Shown piece after piece: positions 12,050 to 24,620 of a DNA stretch of 64,000 nucleotides. The DNA comes from Selaginella moellendorffii (lineage: Eukaryota; Plantae; Lycopodiophyta). Below the pieces are notes generated by a model, which saw only the letters and a program-made list of their open reading frames with translations, was not told the origin of the DNA and ran no database searches. The position numbers were made by a program, and so were the translations under genes. Location of the stretch: the NCBI RefSeq assembly GCF_000143415.4, contig NW_003314263.1:1490165-1554164 (forward strand), given 5' to 3'. The stretch's first letter is position 1. Every line of letters begins with the position of its first letter.

Positions 12050-15000
12050 AGTCTTCTTCTACTTCTATGTCCAGAAAAGTAAAAATGGGTATAGTGAAAT
12101 GCTCTTTCACTATAGGCTTATATTGCATGTAATGTTGTGCCATACATTCAGTATAAACAAGTAAGTGGCATTGACTTTGGTCCATATGATCATCCATATC
12201 ATTAGGATCAAGCATGTGCATTGAAACACCATGTGTGACAAATATGGATCTAATGACATAGAAACATTTGAGAATAAATATTATAAATTACTTGAAACAC
12301 TAGCATCACCTGTTGCAAAATCCCCCAAAATATCCTCAAAGGCACCCTCCTTTCTAAATGCAAAAACAGCTTAGCATGTCTCTTTTGCTACTTGCACCAT
12401 CGACCCAAATCCTGTTATAGCATCAAGCACAATCTCCTTTGACTAATAGAATAACTCCAACAAAATCTGTGGCTGTGACCAAACAGTGTTGATAGCCAGA
12501 GAACACTGAGTGAAGAAACTTTGAGTCAATCACATTTGGGATGATGTCTGTGAAGCTGTTGTATCTTGGTAAAGCAAGAGCAACACACTCATCAGCTCAT
12601 ATGGCCTTATGGCAGTTTCCAACGTGGCATAGAGCATGGTAGTTCCAAGAATAAACTTGGAAAAAAAAATAGAATAGAGGTAATTTATAAATAAAGGAGT
12701 CACACACCTTTTACTTCTGCCCACTAGTGCCTTTATATCCACCACTATACTCAAAAGAAGGCAACTAGATGAAAACTCCACAAATTCATCATCGTTCTCA
12801 GCCAAGTGTGCGAGAAGGCCTTCCCACATTAGAGAGCAAGGAAGGATCATGACAACCACACCCTCGTATGTTATGAAGTTGCTTGCAACCTATAAGGCTT
12901 GGGAAATGTGTTAAGCCAGCAACACATTCCATGATAGAGTATCCCCGTGTGGTGGTGGCATCCCATCAAGAAGATCGAAAAAAATGAAATCGATCTTCCC
13001 ATAAGGTGTGAGCTAACCTAAGCCATAGATCACCACATAAAGCTCCTGACTAGTAGCATCTAAAAGCTGTGTGTAATCCCCAATGAAAACAACAACTTCC
13101 CCAACACTAGCCGTTGGGGATAGAGGGCAAACTTGAAAAAAAATTATTAGAATTATAAGATAGTTCTAATTCATGTTTACTAACCTATTTATACATAGTT
13201 GCAGAGGAGAGCTCTTCCAGATTGTCATCTGTAGCTGTAGGGAGGGATGGGAAGAATATTTTAGTTCGCCAAGAAGACTAGTGAGGCTTCACGATAGCCC
13301 CTTCGAGGGTTATGAGGAGTAGGTACTGGAGTCTCTTATGCTTGAATCTCATATATAATTTCCTTTAGTTCAATGGTATTTGGATTTGGCATCTCTTGAA
13401 TGGTTTCTTGAGTGTGGATTCTTAGGTTTTGTTGTTGAACTTCAACAACATTGTCGTCAAGGTCAAAAAGAGCCTCTAGAAAATAAGAATATAACTCAAG
13501 GTTAATATTTCCTAGCTAAGCGGTGAGTTTCAAGTGAACTTAGATGATATTTAAGGTAGACATTTAGCTCAAAGTCTGATGTCGGCATCTGTTCCATGAG
13601 TTCAAGGAGCCACAAGCATAGCTCCCTCTCATGTGTATAAGGATAGTAAAACTCTAGCTCATACATCCCAAGCTTCTTGCCTCTAGTCAGAAGTTTCTTC
13701 AAAACACTAGTTGTATATACGGGTGCACTAGGGCAATATTTTAAATATCTACAAAGTAAAATAAAAATAAAAATACCAATATATAAATAAGAATTGAGAA
13801 AATACATGTAAACCATGCACCTTGCAAGAAATGGTTATCCTAGTTGGTTCTTAAACTCAGCCGAGCTCATCCCACCATAAGGAAGCCAATTGTTCCCTAG
13901 CTTCGTAAGACAAACATGAATATATTCTTTGAGAGTGATACTTATATGGGTGTTGAAAAGAAACTTTTTGTTCTAGACTTGCAGCATCTCCTCACTAGTG
14001 GCAATCCTTTAAGAAATGTATGCCTTCTCCTTTAATCAAGCACTAACTACTATGTTTGCTTAACCTTGTCCCAAGAACAACAAAAGAATAAATTCCCCAA
14101 ACTTACCATGAATTCCTTGGTTGTGCTTAGAATAAATAGCACAAGCGAACCATCAATTAGATTTGTGTTCTATTTGACAATAGGAAAATACAACATAAAT
14201 TTCATTTTTCCACAATAGGATAGACTCTATAATTTTTTTTCAAAAAAATCTTTGTTTATAGAAAATTTTATTATCCCCATCACTTTCTCCATCCTTGTCC
14301 CGCAACATTTTTTGTTGTTTCATAGCCAAGTGTTGAGAAGTTCCAAACAAATGCTTTGTTCAGCAAAGGACATTACTCTTAGAAATGTTGTAAATGAGTT
14401 CCTCTTGTGCTTTACTAGTTCCTACACACACATACAGTTATGAAATGTTTCACAAATTTTAGAAGAACTTATGAACGCGAGAACAAATCTTAGCAATGTT
14501 ATCAAGCCATTCCTGCCCATATTGTATGTTTGTAATCGAGAGCAACTTTTTCACCTTTATTCTCTTCATATTCAAAATTTGCTACTCAATTGCATGCCAC
14601 TCCATCTCCTTCTACTACTCATCCCTTTAGGCAATTTTAAAGAATGAGGCTCTTTCTCCTTTGATTATGGGCTAAAGAAATATTATGTAAGTTGATGCAT
14701 ACTTCAACACTAATTTACCTTCACCCAGACAGCAACCAGAAAATCAAGTGGCAGTTGGTACCTGATGTATAATTCTTGGCCTTTCCTAGCTGTTAACTTC
14801 ACTTGAATTGCTTCAAATACCTCATAATTGTACAATGTTTTGACCTCCTTTAGTGAGAGCATACCGATAAATCGAAGGTGCTCAATGTCATAAACCAATG
14901 TATGAGCTTGAAATGCAAACTAGTTAAGCCTGCAAAAACAAAATATTGGCTAAGTTTACAAAAAATAAATTCTTACATGTTGATCTTATGGTATGTTATT

Positions 15001-15960
15001 TTGAGCTTCACAGTGTGCTCCCAAGTCATTGGTTTGATAAGTGTAACTAGAACACTAATATGTCATTCTTTGTCATCTCAGAACTTCTTTTGAATGCACT
15101 TCCAAAATGCCAACCATGTATGGTTTCCATCAATCACCCAGAAGAGCTTTCCAATGAACCCTACAATTTCCATATGTTGTCCTAAGAATCCATCAAACGC
15201 ATGAGACTTTCGCAGCCATATTCAGCCATGGTTCAAGTTCAGTAGTCATTAGCTCTATTTGGCTGATTTCGGGGAAAGTTGGTGAAACAATGAAAGTACC
15301 AACTGTGCTCCCAAACCCAACCTCTGCAAAGGAGCTGTAGATAGCCATGTTAAGGTTGTAAGATGAGTGCACCCAATGGTTTTGAACGAACTAACACAAA
15401 AGAACCAAAAAATGATTAGGGCCATTCCATGCCATTTCCTATAACACTTTACTGACTGTCTGTTCTTGAGCTTGGATGATCGTGTCTTGAACACAGTCAT
15501 TCAAGATAGTGTCAGAATCATGCATACATAATCCTTCACCACCACTAACTCCCCCTACGCCTTAGGAGCAGTAGATATCCCTAACAGCCTCCGTAGTAGA
15601 TCTAGCTACAACACTATTAATAACCTCCTTAGTAGGTTCATCTACCTTGCCACAAGTAGCCTCAGTAGCCAAATGCATAGTTTCCCCACCACTACCAACA
15701 TTAGACACAAGTACCCTACCACCAGTAGCCGCAACCTTAGGAACACTAGTACCAATAGCCTCAATAACATTAGCATCAAGATCGATTTGAGCATCCATTT
15801 TAACGTCCACTTCATTGTTATGCTTTTCATTGCCTCCTTATCACGATTAGTAGGAACTTCATTAGATACTTTTCCACTCAATTGGCCAAGCTCACAGTGA
15901 TCAAGGTGGCTGCCTTTTCCTGGAGACCAGGACCATTGAGGCTAGCCTCGATGCTTCCTT
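12050..15960 (-). pseudogene. Decayed multi-exon gene: ParB/Srx-like domain plus beta-class N4C/N6A DNA methyltransferase-like domain
   Basis: FWVIDGNHTWLAFW (~15100-15143); VVVFIGDYTQLL (~13060-13095); KIDFIFFDLLDG (12962-12997); ILLELF..KEIVLDAITGFGSMVQVAKETC*AVFAF (~12355-12465); introns and stops; gene ends approximate. Confidence 0.65.
14073..14292 (+). mobile_element. Truncated insertion of the PLE 3' region with a 9-bp TSD
   Basis: Homologous to ~8365-8580 and ~9425-9650; flanked by ccttgtccc at 14064-14072 and 14293-14301. Confidence 0.75.
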
Positions 15961-16162
15961 TAAAATAAAAAGTAAAATAATATAACATCTAACTTGTAAT
16001 GTAAAGCAAATCTATGGCATTTTAAGTTCAAGTCCTTTGTTGAAAGTTTTAACTAATCAAGCTTGATTTTTATCTACTTTCACAAGAAAAGTTTGTAAGT
16101 AAAAGATATGAAAAATAGATTGTAAACTACAAGAAATGCAAAGAAAAAAAAACAACTCACTA

Positions 16163-16695
16163 GGAGAGGTTGGTTCGCACGAGAACTAACCTCACCCTAC
16201 CTCTTGAAAAAAAAGAAAAACATGACAAAAATATAGAGAGGTCAATTCATACAAGAACCAACATCTTCCACTCTCTCATTTTCACAAAAAATGCCCCATC
16301 AAGTTATTAAAATCAAGAAAAAACCTTGAAGATGTTGGTTTGCACAAGAACCAACATTTCTATCTCTCCCTGTTTTTTAAAATATAGAGATCTCACTCGC
16401 AAAAATATGAAATAAACCAAGAAAGCTCTTATCTAGGAAAAACAAAGGTGGGGAGACGTCGATTCATGCACAAATTGATCTTTCCCACCCCTTTATCAAG
16501 GAAAAAAAATCAAAACAACAAAGAAGAAATGGGTAGAAAACTAAAAAAAATGAAATAGAATGTTAGGAGATGTCAGTTTGCACAAGAACCAACATCTCCA
16601 TCCCTCAAGAGAAAACAAAAGTCAAGAAAAGAAAAAACCTCTAATGGAAGAAAGAAGGTGAGGAGATGTTAATTTGCATGCAAACTGGCCTTCTC
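16163..16695. repeat. Array of six 34-bp imperfect palindromes (GGAGATGTTGGTTY-N6-GAACCAACATCTCC) with A-rich spacers
   Basis: Copies start at 16163, 16235, 16328, 16452, 16566, 16662. Confidence 0.85.
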
Positions 16696-17238
16696 AAAGA
16701 AGCATACTTTGATTGAGGAGTGTCTTGAAGTGCATTACAAGGTTGAAATGCTTTTCTCTCGCCCTTCCCTGCTCAAACACACTTTTCTCTCGCAAGCTGT
16801 AAAACCCTAAAAATCAACGGTCGCGATCAATAATTGCGATCAATAGTCACAATTAATAATCATGATTTTCATTCTCTTTGATGGTGATTAATAGACACAA
16901 TCATTCATTGCTTTAGATATTAAGATATGTGTAATTGATTGTGAGAGGAATAATACTATTCAAATGAATGGCATTATGAGCGGAAGGCACCAGTCAATCA
17001 CAAAAGTTGTAACATTAATTGCTTGTTTTCCCTCTTATCTCCATACTCTCTTCCTTTCAAGAGAGTTTCATTCTTTTTTGAGAAGTGAGAGAGAGTCAAG
17101 TTCAAAGAGGTTGGTTTATGTGTAATTTGGATCAATTAGTCTGAAAGAATAGAATTTAGTGGGATCTTGATAGATGTACAAGTCAGAAGATTTTAGTTAT
17201 AGAATCTCCAAAGCAAGGAGAGGAGAGCACAACTAACT

Positions 17239-20200
17239 ATGCATGAAGTGAAGGATGAAATTATTATTCTCTCCAGTGATGAAAATGAAGAAGATGAACT
17301 TCTCGACATAGCTTCCCAGACAAGGAGGTGTGTTCTTTCTAGATTAATTTTTGAAGTGGTGAATTTCGATCATTACGGCTAGAATTGAAAGAGTTTGAGT
17401 ACATCAGAGGTGAGGAGCTTCTGTCTTCCTATAATGGGAATATATTCTTTGAATTTCCACCAGTTAGTTCATCAAGTAGGAAGAGGGGCATAGAAATGTG
17501 TTTTGATCCACATAATTAATGCAAAGTAAAGATAACCCACTTCTCCCATTTCCCAGGATCCATATCCATAATTTATTGTGGTGGACAACTTGAGTGTGTA
17601 ATTGAGAAATGCATTTTTTATCATGGCAAGAACATATGTTTCTTTAAAGGCTTAATGATCAATCCCCCTAGGCATGATGAGGTTGCTACAGAGTTTAAAT
17701 GTCACAAATACAATCCAACACCTATGTGTTAAGTATGTTGCAATACAAGGTTGTATTATTTTCTTTTACGGGATGGATGTTTAGATAGAGTAGCAGTGTA
17801 TGTTAAACACCACCAACACACAATAAAGGAAGGAATTCACCGTGATTCTTTTCACAATTTAAAAGCTGCTATTACTATAGAGGCTAGAAAGAAAAGTGCC
17901 ATAACTCTAAAGTGTGTTCAACAGTCTGTACTAAAGGACTATGTGGTGGATGTTGCTATAATCAAATAGAAAAAAGAGTTCACAGAGAATAGCTTGAAGG
18001 ACCTACTTTGAAATATAGCATGACAAATTTAAACAGGTATAAGATTAATACTTAACTCTACTTTATCACTAATAACACTCTTTTTTTTGGCAAAACAAAG
18101 AACTGAATATAGGAAGGGCAAAATGGAAAGCTTTAATCTAGATTGAATGCGATTTTGGAGCTAAAAAAAAAATGTCCCTATAAGTTTATTCATGGGAGCT
18201 TGTTCGTTGGCTAAATGACTTTGAACAGTCAACAACCTTTTATCTTTAAGATGTCAACCATTGATCCTACTTCTAGTGTGGACTTTGTACAGCAAATGGA
18301 TATGGATGGAGATGGGGACTTAGATAATTTTTGGATCCATTTTGACCATATGGAACAAGTTTCAAGCTACTATTTCAGAGAGCCCATATTTATGATCACA
18401 AGTAGTTTTTCATTTTTTAAGGATTTCATATCGGTTTACATTATAACCATTCCTTTTATAGGTTGCAATGCAACTTGGCTATAGTTATAGTTAAATTTAA
18501 GGTCCAAGATTTCTAAACTCAAACCATATTATGGACATATATGTCCGAGATTGTTAAACAACAAACTGGGAAGAAACCCAACTTTCGTAGATTCATAACA
18601 AATGCTACTGATGCTAATTGGTTGGCTATGCAACAAGTGTTTGGAGGTGATAAAAGTCAACCATTACAAAGTAAAGAGAAGAGTTGTTAGTTTCATTGGG
18701 CAAAGAGTGTTAATAAACATTGCCGATGCATTAAGTTTAACTTCCATCAAATTCAAGTAACTTTGTCGGAAATGGATGGATGCACCAACTAAATAGGAGC
18801 ACGAGGTAAATGCAAAGGAGATGCAAATATGGTGGCACAAAGGAGACAAAGTGCCAATTGAACACCTTTTATAAATGGAATGTTAACTTGCATAGTGGGA
18901 AGTTCAAATGTTTCAATAGGGCCATTTTATTCTCCATGTAATCTTTCTCTTATTTTCTTTTTTATTACATTCAAATGTTGCATTTTTTCTAGGATCAACC
19001 ACTTGATGACATTGCACTTATAGTAATAATTAATCTCTCTGAGAGCAAACATTGGAGTTGGAGAGCTTCCGAAGTAGGGAAAGTAAAAGTGTCCCTCTAT
19101 GAAGCTATGCTCTTTGACCTCACTAAATCTTTTGAGCAGTCATCAAAAACTTTAGCTGCATAGAAAGCAAGGTTTGCTGGTACAGGTTTGAACTTAGACA
19201 AGCTTTGAAAGCAGGTTGGTAGAAGGACAACACTAGCAATAGGGTCAATGTTTAAGGCGGTGGAGGAAGTTGTTGAAACTCCTATGGAATCAAATTATGA
19301 ACAATTTAGGGACATAAGAACAGCCCGTATGAAACATTAATAGACATTTGATAGGCCCAACATCACTCCTTCCAACACTCACTGTCTAGAGTTTAACTAC
19401 TATTCTATTCCACGACACCAGAGAAGAATTAAAGAACATAAAGTGGAGAAGGTGCTAGTTGTTACACAAGTAAATCCAGTATCAAGGGTTGAAAAGGTTA
19501 TTGCTTGTGACCTAGTTTTTCATATCAACTGGGCAATTCAAAGAGTTAGTGCCAAGAGCAATACATGTTACTCTGGAATGACTGGGAGTCAAGGTCAATG
19601 TCTTGCATTTGTGCACTCAAGTTCAAATTCTCCAGTAGTGCCATGTTTCTAGGGTTGTTGAGATCTAGGGGTAAAGGGCTGCTAGTCAAGTTGGATTTAC
19701 TATTATGGGACTGATGTTACTTATACAAATTGGATCCACAACTCAATTATTTCAAAGCTAGATTTTGTGCTAGAGGGTGGCAAGTTGAGCAAAGCTGCAA
19801 GCTTTTGCACATAGAGGGTTTAGGTTCCAATTCATGGTCACCCTATTGCAAAACACCGATTGAAAGTTTGGAGAGAGCAAGTTTCAAGTTGAAGACTTCC
19901 TCAACTGTTGTTGTTGATGCTACTATACCACTAATATCAACACTAGATTGGCATACACAATTAGCTAAAAATAGGAAGGCTATATAGTATAGGTTTTCCA
20001 TTTTGAAAGGTGCACAAGAGAAGATCAAGCTAGTAAAGGAATTAAAGTGCACAATCACAAAGACAAACTATATTAGCATTGTGGCTAAAGAGTTTGTTGT
20101 TGTAACTAAGTCATCAAAGGGTATGAGCTACACTATCAGAATTTGTGAAAATCCATCATGTACCTGTCTAGATTTTACACCAAAGGAGAATAGGGGAAAG

Positions 20201-20323
20201 GTATATTTAGCCTGCAAGCACATCTATTATATTTTTATGTAGAAACTAACCCAAGATTCTAAGATTGACCATTACATCCACCAAACAAGTATTATAATTG
20301 CAGAGCTTGAGAAATGTTTCTAG
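17239..20323 (+). pseudogene. MULE-type DDE transposase with N-terminal Cys/His (GCM-like) region and C-terminal SWIM finger, decayed
   Basis: CGGQLEC...C..HHQH; FWIHFDH; RFITNATDANWLAMQQVF; C*FHW; NLSESKH; SWIM CTCLDF...CKHIYY. Confidence 0.8.
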
Positions 20324-21313
20324 ATTGCTTTTAGTTTTCGTATCTATATTTATAATTATATTTTATTAGTCAAATTTACTTGGAAATATAGATTAAATCA
20401 AAATTTGAAAGATGAAAAAATGTTGGTTCAAAATGAACCAATGTTTTTCTTGTGTTTGAAAAGTCATGAGTTCAACTCGGGAGCTCATGAGCTCAAAACC
20501 TACCCAGGCTTAGATATTACAATGGTGATCTGGAAGTAGGTGCTAATAAAATGTCCACTAGATCATTTTTATTCATTCATTTATATTTTTTTTATATGGT
20601 CTCAGAGCCCACCCAAGAAGCGTGAGACCAAGGGATTTTTATTTTTATTTACAGTATTTTTATTATTCACATCCACATTTACTACAGGTGTTGAGGTAAA
20701 ATCATTATGTTGCTTTAGACCCTCCTAGACTTCTTGTGCAAGCTATGATCTACGCCATTGAAAAAGGTGTGGCTGGTCTTAGCCTTAAAATAAGGAAAGG
20801 AATACAACTAGCAAAAGGATTCTCATACTAGAGTCTTTCTAATTGGCTTGGCAAAACTTTGAAACTTTCAGGTACCAAAGCTATTGTGATAAACATTGTA
20901 ATATATCAAAAGTCTCAGATTGATGATTGGGTCATATGGCACAAAGTGGATTTTTTTATAGAAATGTATGAGTTGTTATAATTACCCCTTCTAGTTATGA
21001 TCTAATATTACTAAAAAACTTTGGCCAAGTTTTGGGACTTGTGTTTCGGGAAGGATGCTGTCACTATATTCAGGATGGGAGGAGTCCAATGATGGCATAG
21101 AAGGTAAGCAGTCAACAGGATTTTATTTGGAATTTATCCTATTAAAGAACACATTCTAATGTAGATGAAAGCACTTGTTTAAATTTCAAATTGCTTCACT
21201 ACCAATTAAATACTAAAAAAAATTATATTATATAACTTTTCTTCATTACATTGGGGTCTAAGAATTTATAATTTCAAGTGCAAACAGTTCCAGGGAATTT
21301 GTGTGACCTGTCC

Positions 21314-21502
21314 TTAGTGATGTTTGCCACTGCTGCTGCTGTGTGGAAGCTTTGGTTCCATGACTTTGTGATCTTGTGACTGGGGCTCTTCGTGGTGATG
21401 CCCATGCCGAAACGCTGCTGCAGTGACAACATCATGATCCAGGCAAGCTAATGCAAGCATGAAAAGGACAAAGAGGTGCCGAAGCAAGCTCACAAGTGCC
21501 AT
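21314..21502 (-). CDS. Small secreted peptide precursor (62 aa), His-rich, IDA/PIP-like C-terminal dodecapeptide
   Basis: Signal-like N-terminus MALVSLLRHLFVLFMLALAC; ends KLPHSSSSGKHH*; TATA-like motif ~35-40 nt upstream; ORF intact in the paralog. Confidence 0.65.
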   Translation of the reverse strand: MALVSLLRHLFVLFMLALACLDHDVVTAAAFRHGHHHEEPQSQDHKVMEPKLPHSSSSGKHH

Positions 21503-21862
21503 TCTTGAACTGCGAATTGCTGAGCCTAGGTTGTGTATTTTATAGAGAAACACCACATAAGAAACGTCAAAAGAGGGGTGCTCATGTTATCAACAAACAT
21601 GCCCCACAACTTTTGACATTTAAAAACAAGACAATCACCGAGTGGATAAACATAATGCGTGGAGTGTTTTGATGCCTTGTGTACAAAGCTGGGGGAGCAA
21701 AACACACTGTGGGAGATTATATTCCATGGAGAAATGTCAAAAGGCAGAGTGGGGTTCTCTTAAGTAGATTCTCACAAAAGCAGCACTATTTTGTTGACAA
21801 AAACTGTCATTATTTCCAGCATTAAATAATATTGAATCTGAGACTAGATGAGAAGCACGCTG

Positions 21863-22528
21863 TCAAGCGTGCTTCTCATCAGCCTTAACAGCGTCAGTAG
21901 CAACAGCATGGCCACCGTGACCACCGTGGCCACCATGCCCACCATGACCACCTCCTTGAGTCTCAATCGATTCAACACTACCAGCGTGGCTGTGGCCACC
22001 GTGGTGCCATCCAGATCCATACCCCTCCAGCTCCGCATCAGAATGTCCGTGACCACCGCCATACCCACCATGGTAGCCACCACCATAACCACCGTGTCCA
22101 TATCCATATCCTTCCGGCTCAACCGAGTCATGACCACCACGGTAGCCACCATGGTAACCACCACCGTAACCACCGTTTCCATATCCATATCCATGTGGCT
22201 CAACTGAGTCACCGTGGCCATGACCATTGCCGTTGCCACGGTGACCATACCCACCATGGTCCCCATATCCTTGTGGCTCAGCTGCATTAGCGTGGCCACC
22301 ATAGCCACCACGACCACCAGAGCCACCGTGGTAGCCTTCTGTGTCAGCATGGCCGTGGTGACCGCCACCACCATAGCGGGATCCTTCTGGCTCGGCAGAG
22401 TGACCGTGACCACCACCATACCCCTGTGGGTCTAGCGATTCATTCTCTTTCTCTGGGACAACTCTAGCAGAGAATGCGAGGTGGGAGGCACAAAGCAATG
22501 CTGCGAGAACTAGAGAGACGCTCTTCAT
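21863..22528 (-). CDS. Secreted Gly/His/Tyr-rich protein (GRP)
   Basis: Signal peptide MKSVSLVLAALLCASHLAFSA; GYGG/GHGH repeats separated by (A/V)EP(E/Q/H)G motifs; TATA upstream. Confidence 0.9.
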   Translation of the reverse strand: MKSVSLVLAALLCASHLAFSARVVPEKENESLDPQGYGGGHGHSAEPEGSRYGGGGHHGHADTEGYHGGSGGRGGYGGHANAAEPQGYGDHGGYGHRGNGNGHGHGDSVEPHGYGYGNGGYGGGYHGGYRGGHDSVEPEGYGYGHGGYGGGYHGGYGGGHGHSDAELEGYGSGWHHGGHSHAGSVESIETQGGGHGGHGGHGGHGGHAVATDAVKADEKHA

Positions 22529-23759
22529 TGTATCTTCTTTCTAGTTTTGGAAGCTAGCCCGAGAAAGGAGTGAAGAGCTTCGGTTATATAGAATATCGAG
22601 CATTGACAATGTCAAACATTGAGAATTTCATAACTCTTAGTGGAGGGAGAATCTTTGAAAATGCGAGGGGGCCGAATTATACCATCCCAAGAAGATCACG
22701 TCTTTGTTTCTTCTCATGAAATTCTTGTTAAAATCTTAACTTTAAAATTCTTTTCTTTCGTCTTGTTCTTGGAATCCAAAGGAATGCTGTCTAGAAAGCC
22801 TTTTTGTGCCATTGTCCTGACTGCATTGTCAAAAAAAAATAAAAATGGGAAGATGCATCAAGCTAGTCCATGATTGTTCATGCAAAAGCAAATTTACAGC
22901 TTTCATAAATGTTTCATGTGACATAAATTTGACTCATTGCATAATAAACATTCAGAAAATGCCGATTTTCTATCAACTGTGTAAAAAACATAGACATTTT
23001 TATAGTGCAGTTCTGAAAAATTCACTTAAAAATTCATATTTCTGGAGATTTTGAGCTTCTCCCTACAACGTTTTCACAATAACATTGGCCACCATTGATC
23101 GTGCAGAGAGACTGTTTAATGTTGTGTCAGCTAATTGACCTCAGTTGTCAGATTGAGAGGTGCTCACAAGACACACTCAGTGGTGCAAGGAGTGGAAATC
23201 TGGGTTATGCATAGCACTGCTGGTGGAATTGAGATTTTGCAGCACCAGGTTGCACTCCTTGTTCATGTGAGAATGTTTTTCTTTTTTTCTCACAGCTAGA
23301 AAAACCATGGGCTCCTAACATTTGCAAAAATAACAGGGACATGATCACCAATAACTTCATGAGAACAAGAAACAACTACATTTCCCTGAGAATCAGTGTG
23401 CCTATGCCCTGCCCTGGTGGCGAGGACAAACAGACAAAGAGATTGCACATGCCACTTCAGAGATCTTTCACAATGGCAACAGCACCTAGCCAGGCTCCCA
23501 ATCACAGGATGTTATATGCCTGATGTGGCAGCCTAGGAGAGGCATTTTGAGGGGATGGATCACAGCAAGAATGTAGTGGCATGGAATTGTATCATTCTGG
23601 GATGTGTGTACAGGGGTGAGGATGAATTGGACACCTCTTCTCTGCCATGGGGCCTGTTGCTCTAAATCACATAATGTTCTTAAGGTGTGCACTAGCCTTG
23701 TGAAGAACAATTAGCTACTAATGAAACAAATAAGGAGTGAATCCTAAACTAACCTCCCA

Positions 23760-24620
23760 ACTTTTAAGGCATTATAACTTTAACCATAACAACCCAAAGG
23801 TCATAAGTAAAGTCTATTAAAATGTTATCCTATTTGTTATCAGGTATACATATAAGATGATAGAAGCCAACAAGCTTTTAATGATTAATTTTAACTACTT
23901 GGTAACTCAAACAACCACATATATACTTCTTAACATTTGATTTTATCCTAAACCAAAAGAGGTGCCTCTTCACCAACATATACATCTTTAGTACCCTTGG
24001 ATGCCTAACACTTAGCACATTATAACACTTAACTAAAATTTGTTTAATGAGTTTATCAATACAAGGAATCACTACATATCCCTTCTTCATTAAGATTCCA
24101 TCTTATATCTCAAATGATGCAAATTTGTTACCCTTCAAATCTTTAGAGATGTCCCTTAACAAATCCTTCACGTGAATATTAATGATAAAAGAGTTGAAAT
24201 TAACAAACTCCTTAATCTCATCCAAGAAGTTGCTAGATAGTTTCACGAATGAGATAAAATTTATTATTCTAGATAATGCATCAAACACTTTATTGTCACC
24301 TCTATACTTGTACCAGATTTTAATAGATAATTCTTGTAGGAATTCTTGCCAACAAGCAAAATGGCCTCAAAGATTCTTTTGACGACTAAAATATTAAAGA
24401 AATTGATGGTTTGAATCCATATGGAAGTCTGATCCATAAAAATAATGTCACCATTCCTTCATAGCAATAATCATAACATACAACTCTTTATCTTGAACAA
24501 ACCAATTTTGTTGTATGGTTAGACTTGTGGCTCATAAACATGGCCAACTTGAAGTATTATGCCCCAATAGTAATGTCACTTATATCTGTTTCAACCATAA
24601 GAAGCTTAATCACCAACTCT
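23760..24620 (-). mobile_element. Ty3/Gypsy pol remnant (RNase H to integrase)
   Basis: VETDIS...DKELYVMIIAMKEW*HY...NKVFDALSR; integrase Zn region HPRVLKMY...FW...YICGCLSYQ. Confidence 0.8.

Larger units (their letters stand above)
11773..20512 (+). mobile_element. 8.7-kb TIR DNA transposon (Mutator/MULE-like) with a cargo gene
   Basis: TIRs taagggaTGGGTAGttttTGAGCT and revcomp taagccTGGGTAGgtttTGAGCT; flanking duplication AGGTATTA (11767-11774)/AGATATTA (20512-20519); empty site aggtattacaatgg in the paralogous block at 28858-28865. Confidence 0.85.

Noticed and set aside
16163-16695. CRISPR array
   Set aside because: Eukaryotic context, degenerate repeats, low-complexity A-rich spacers of unequal length, no cas genes.
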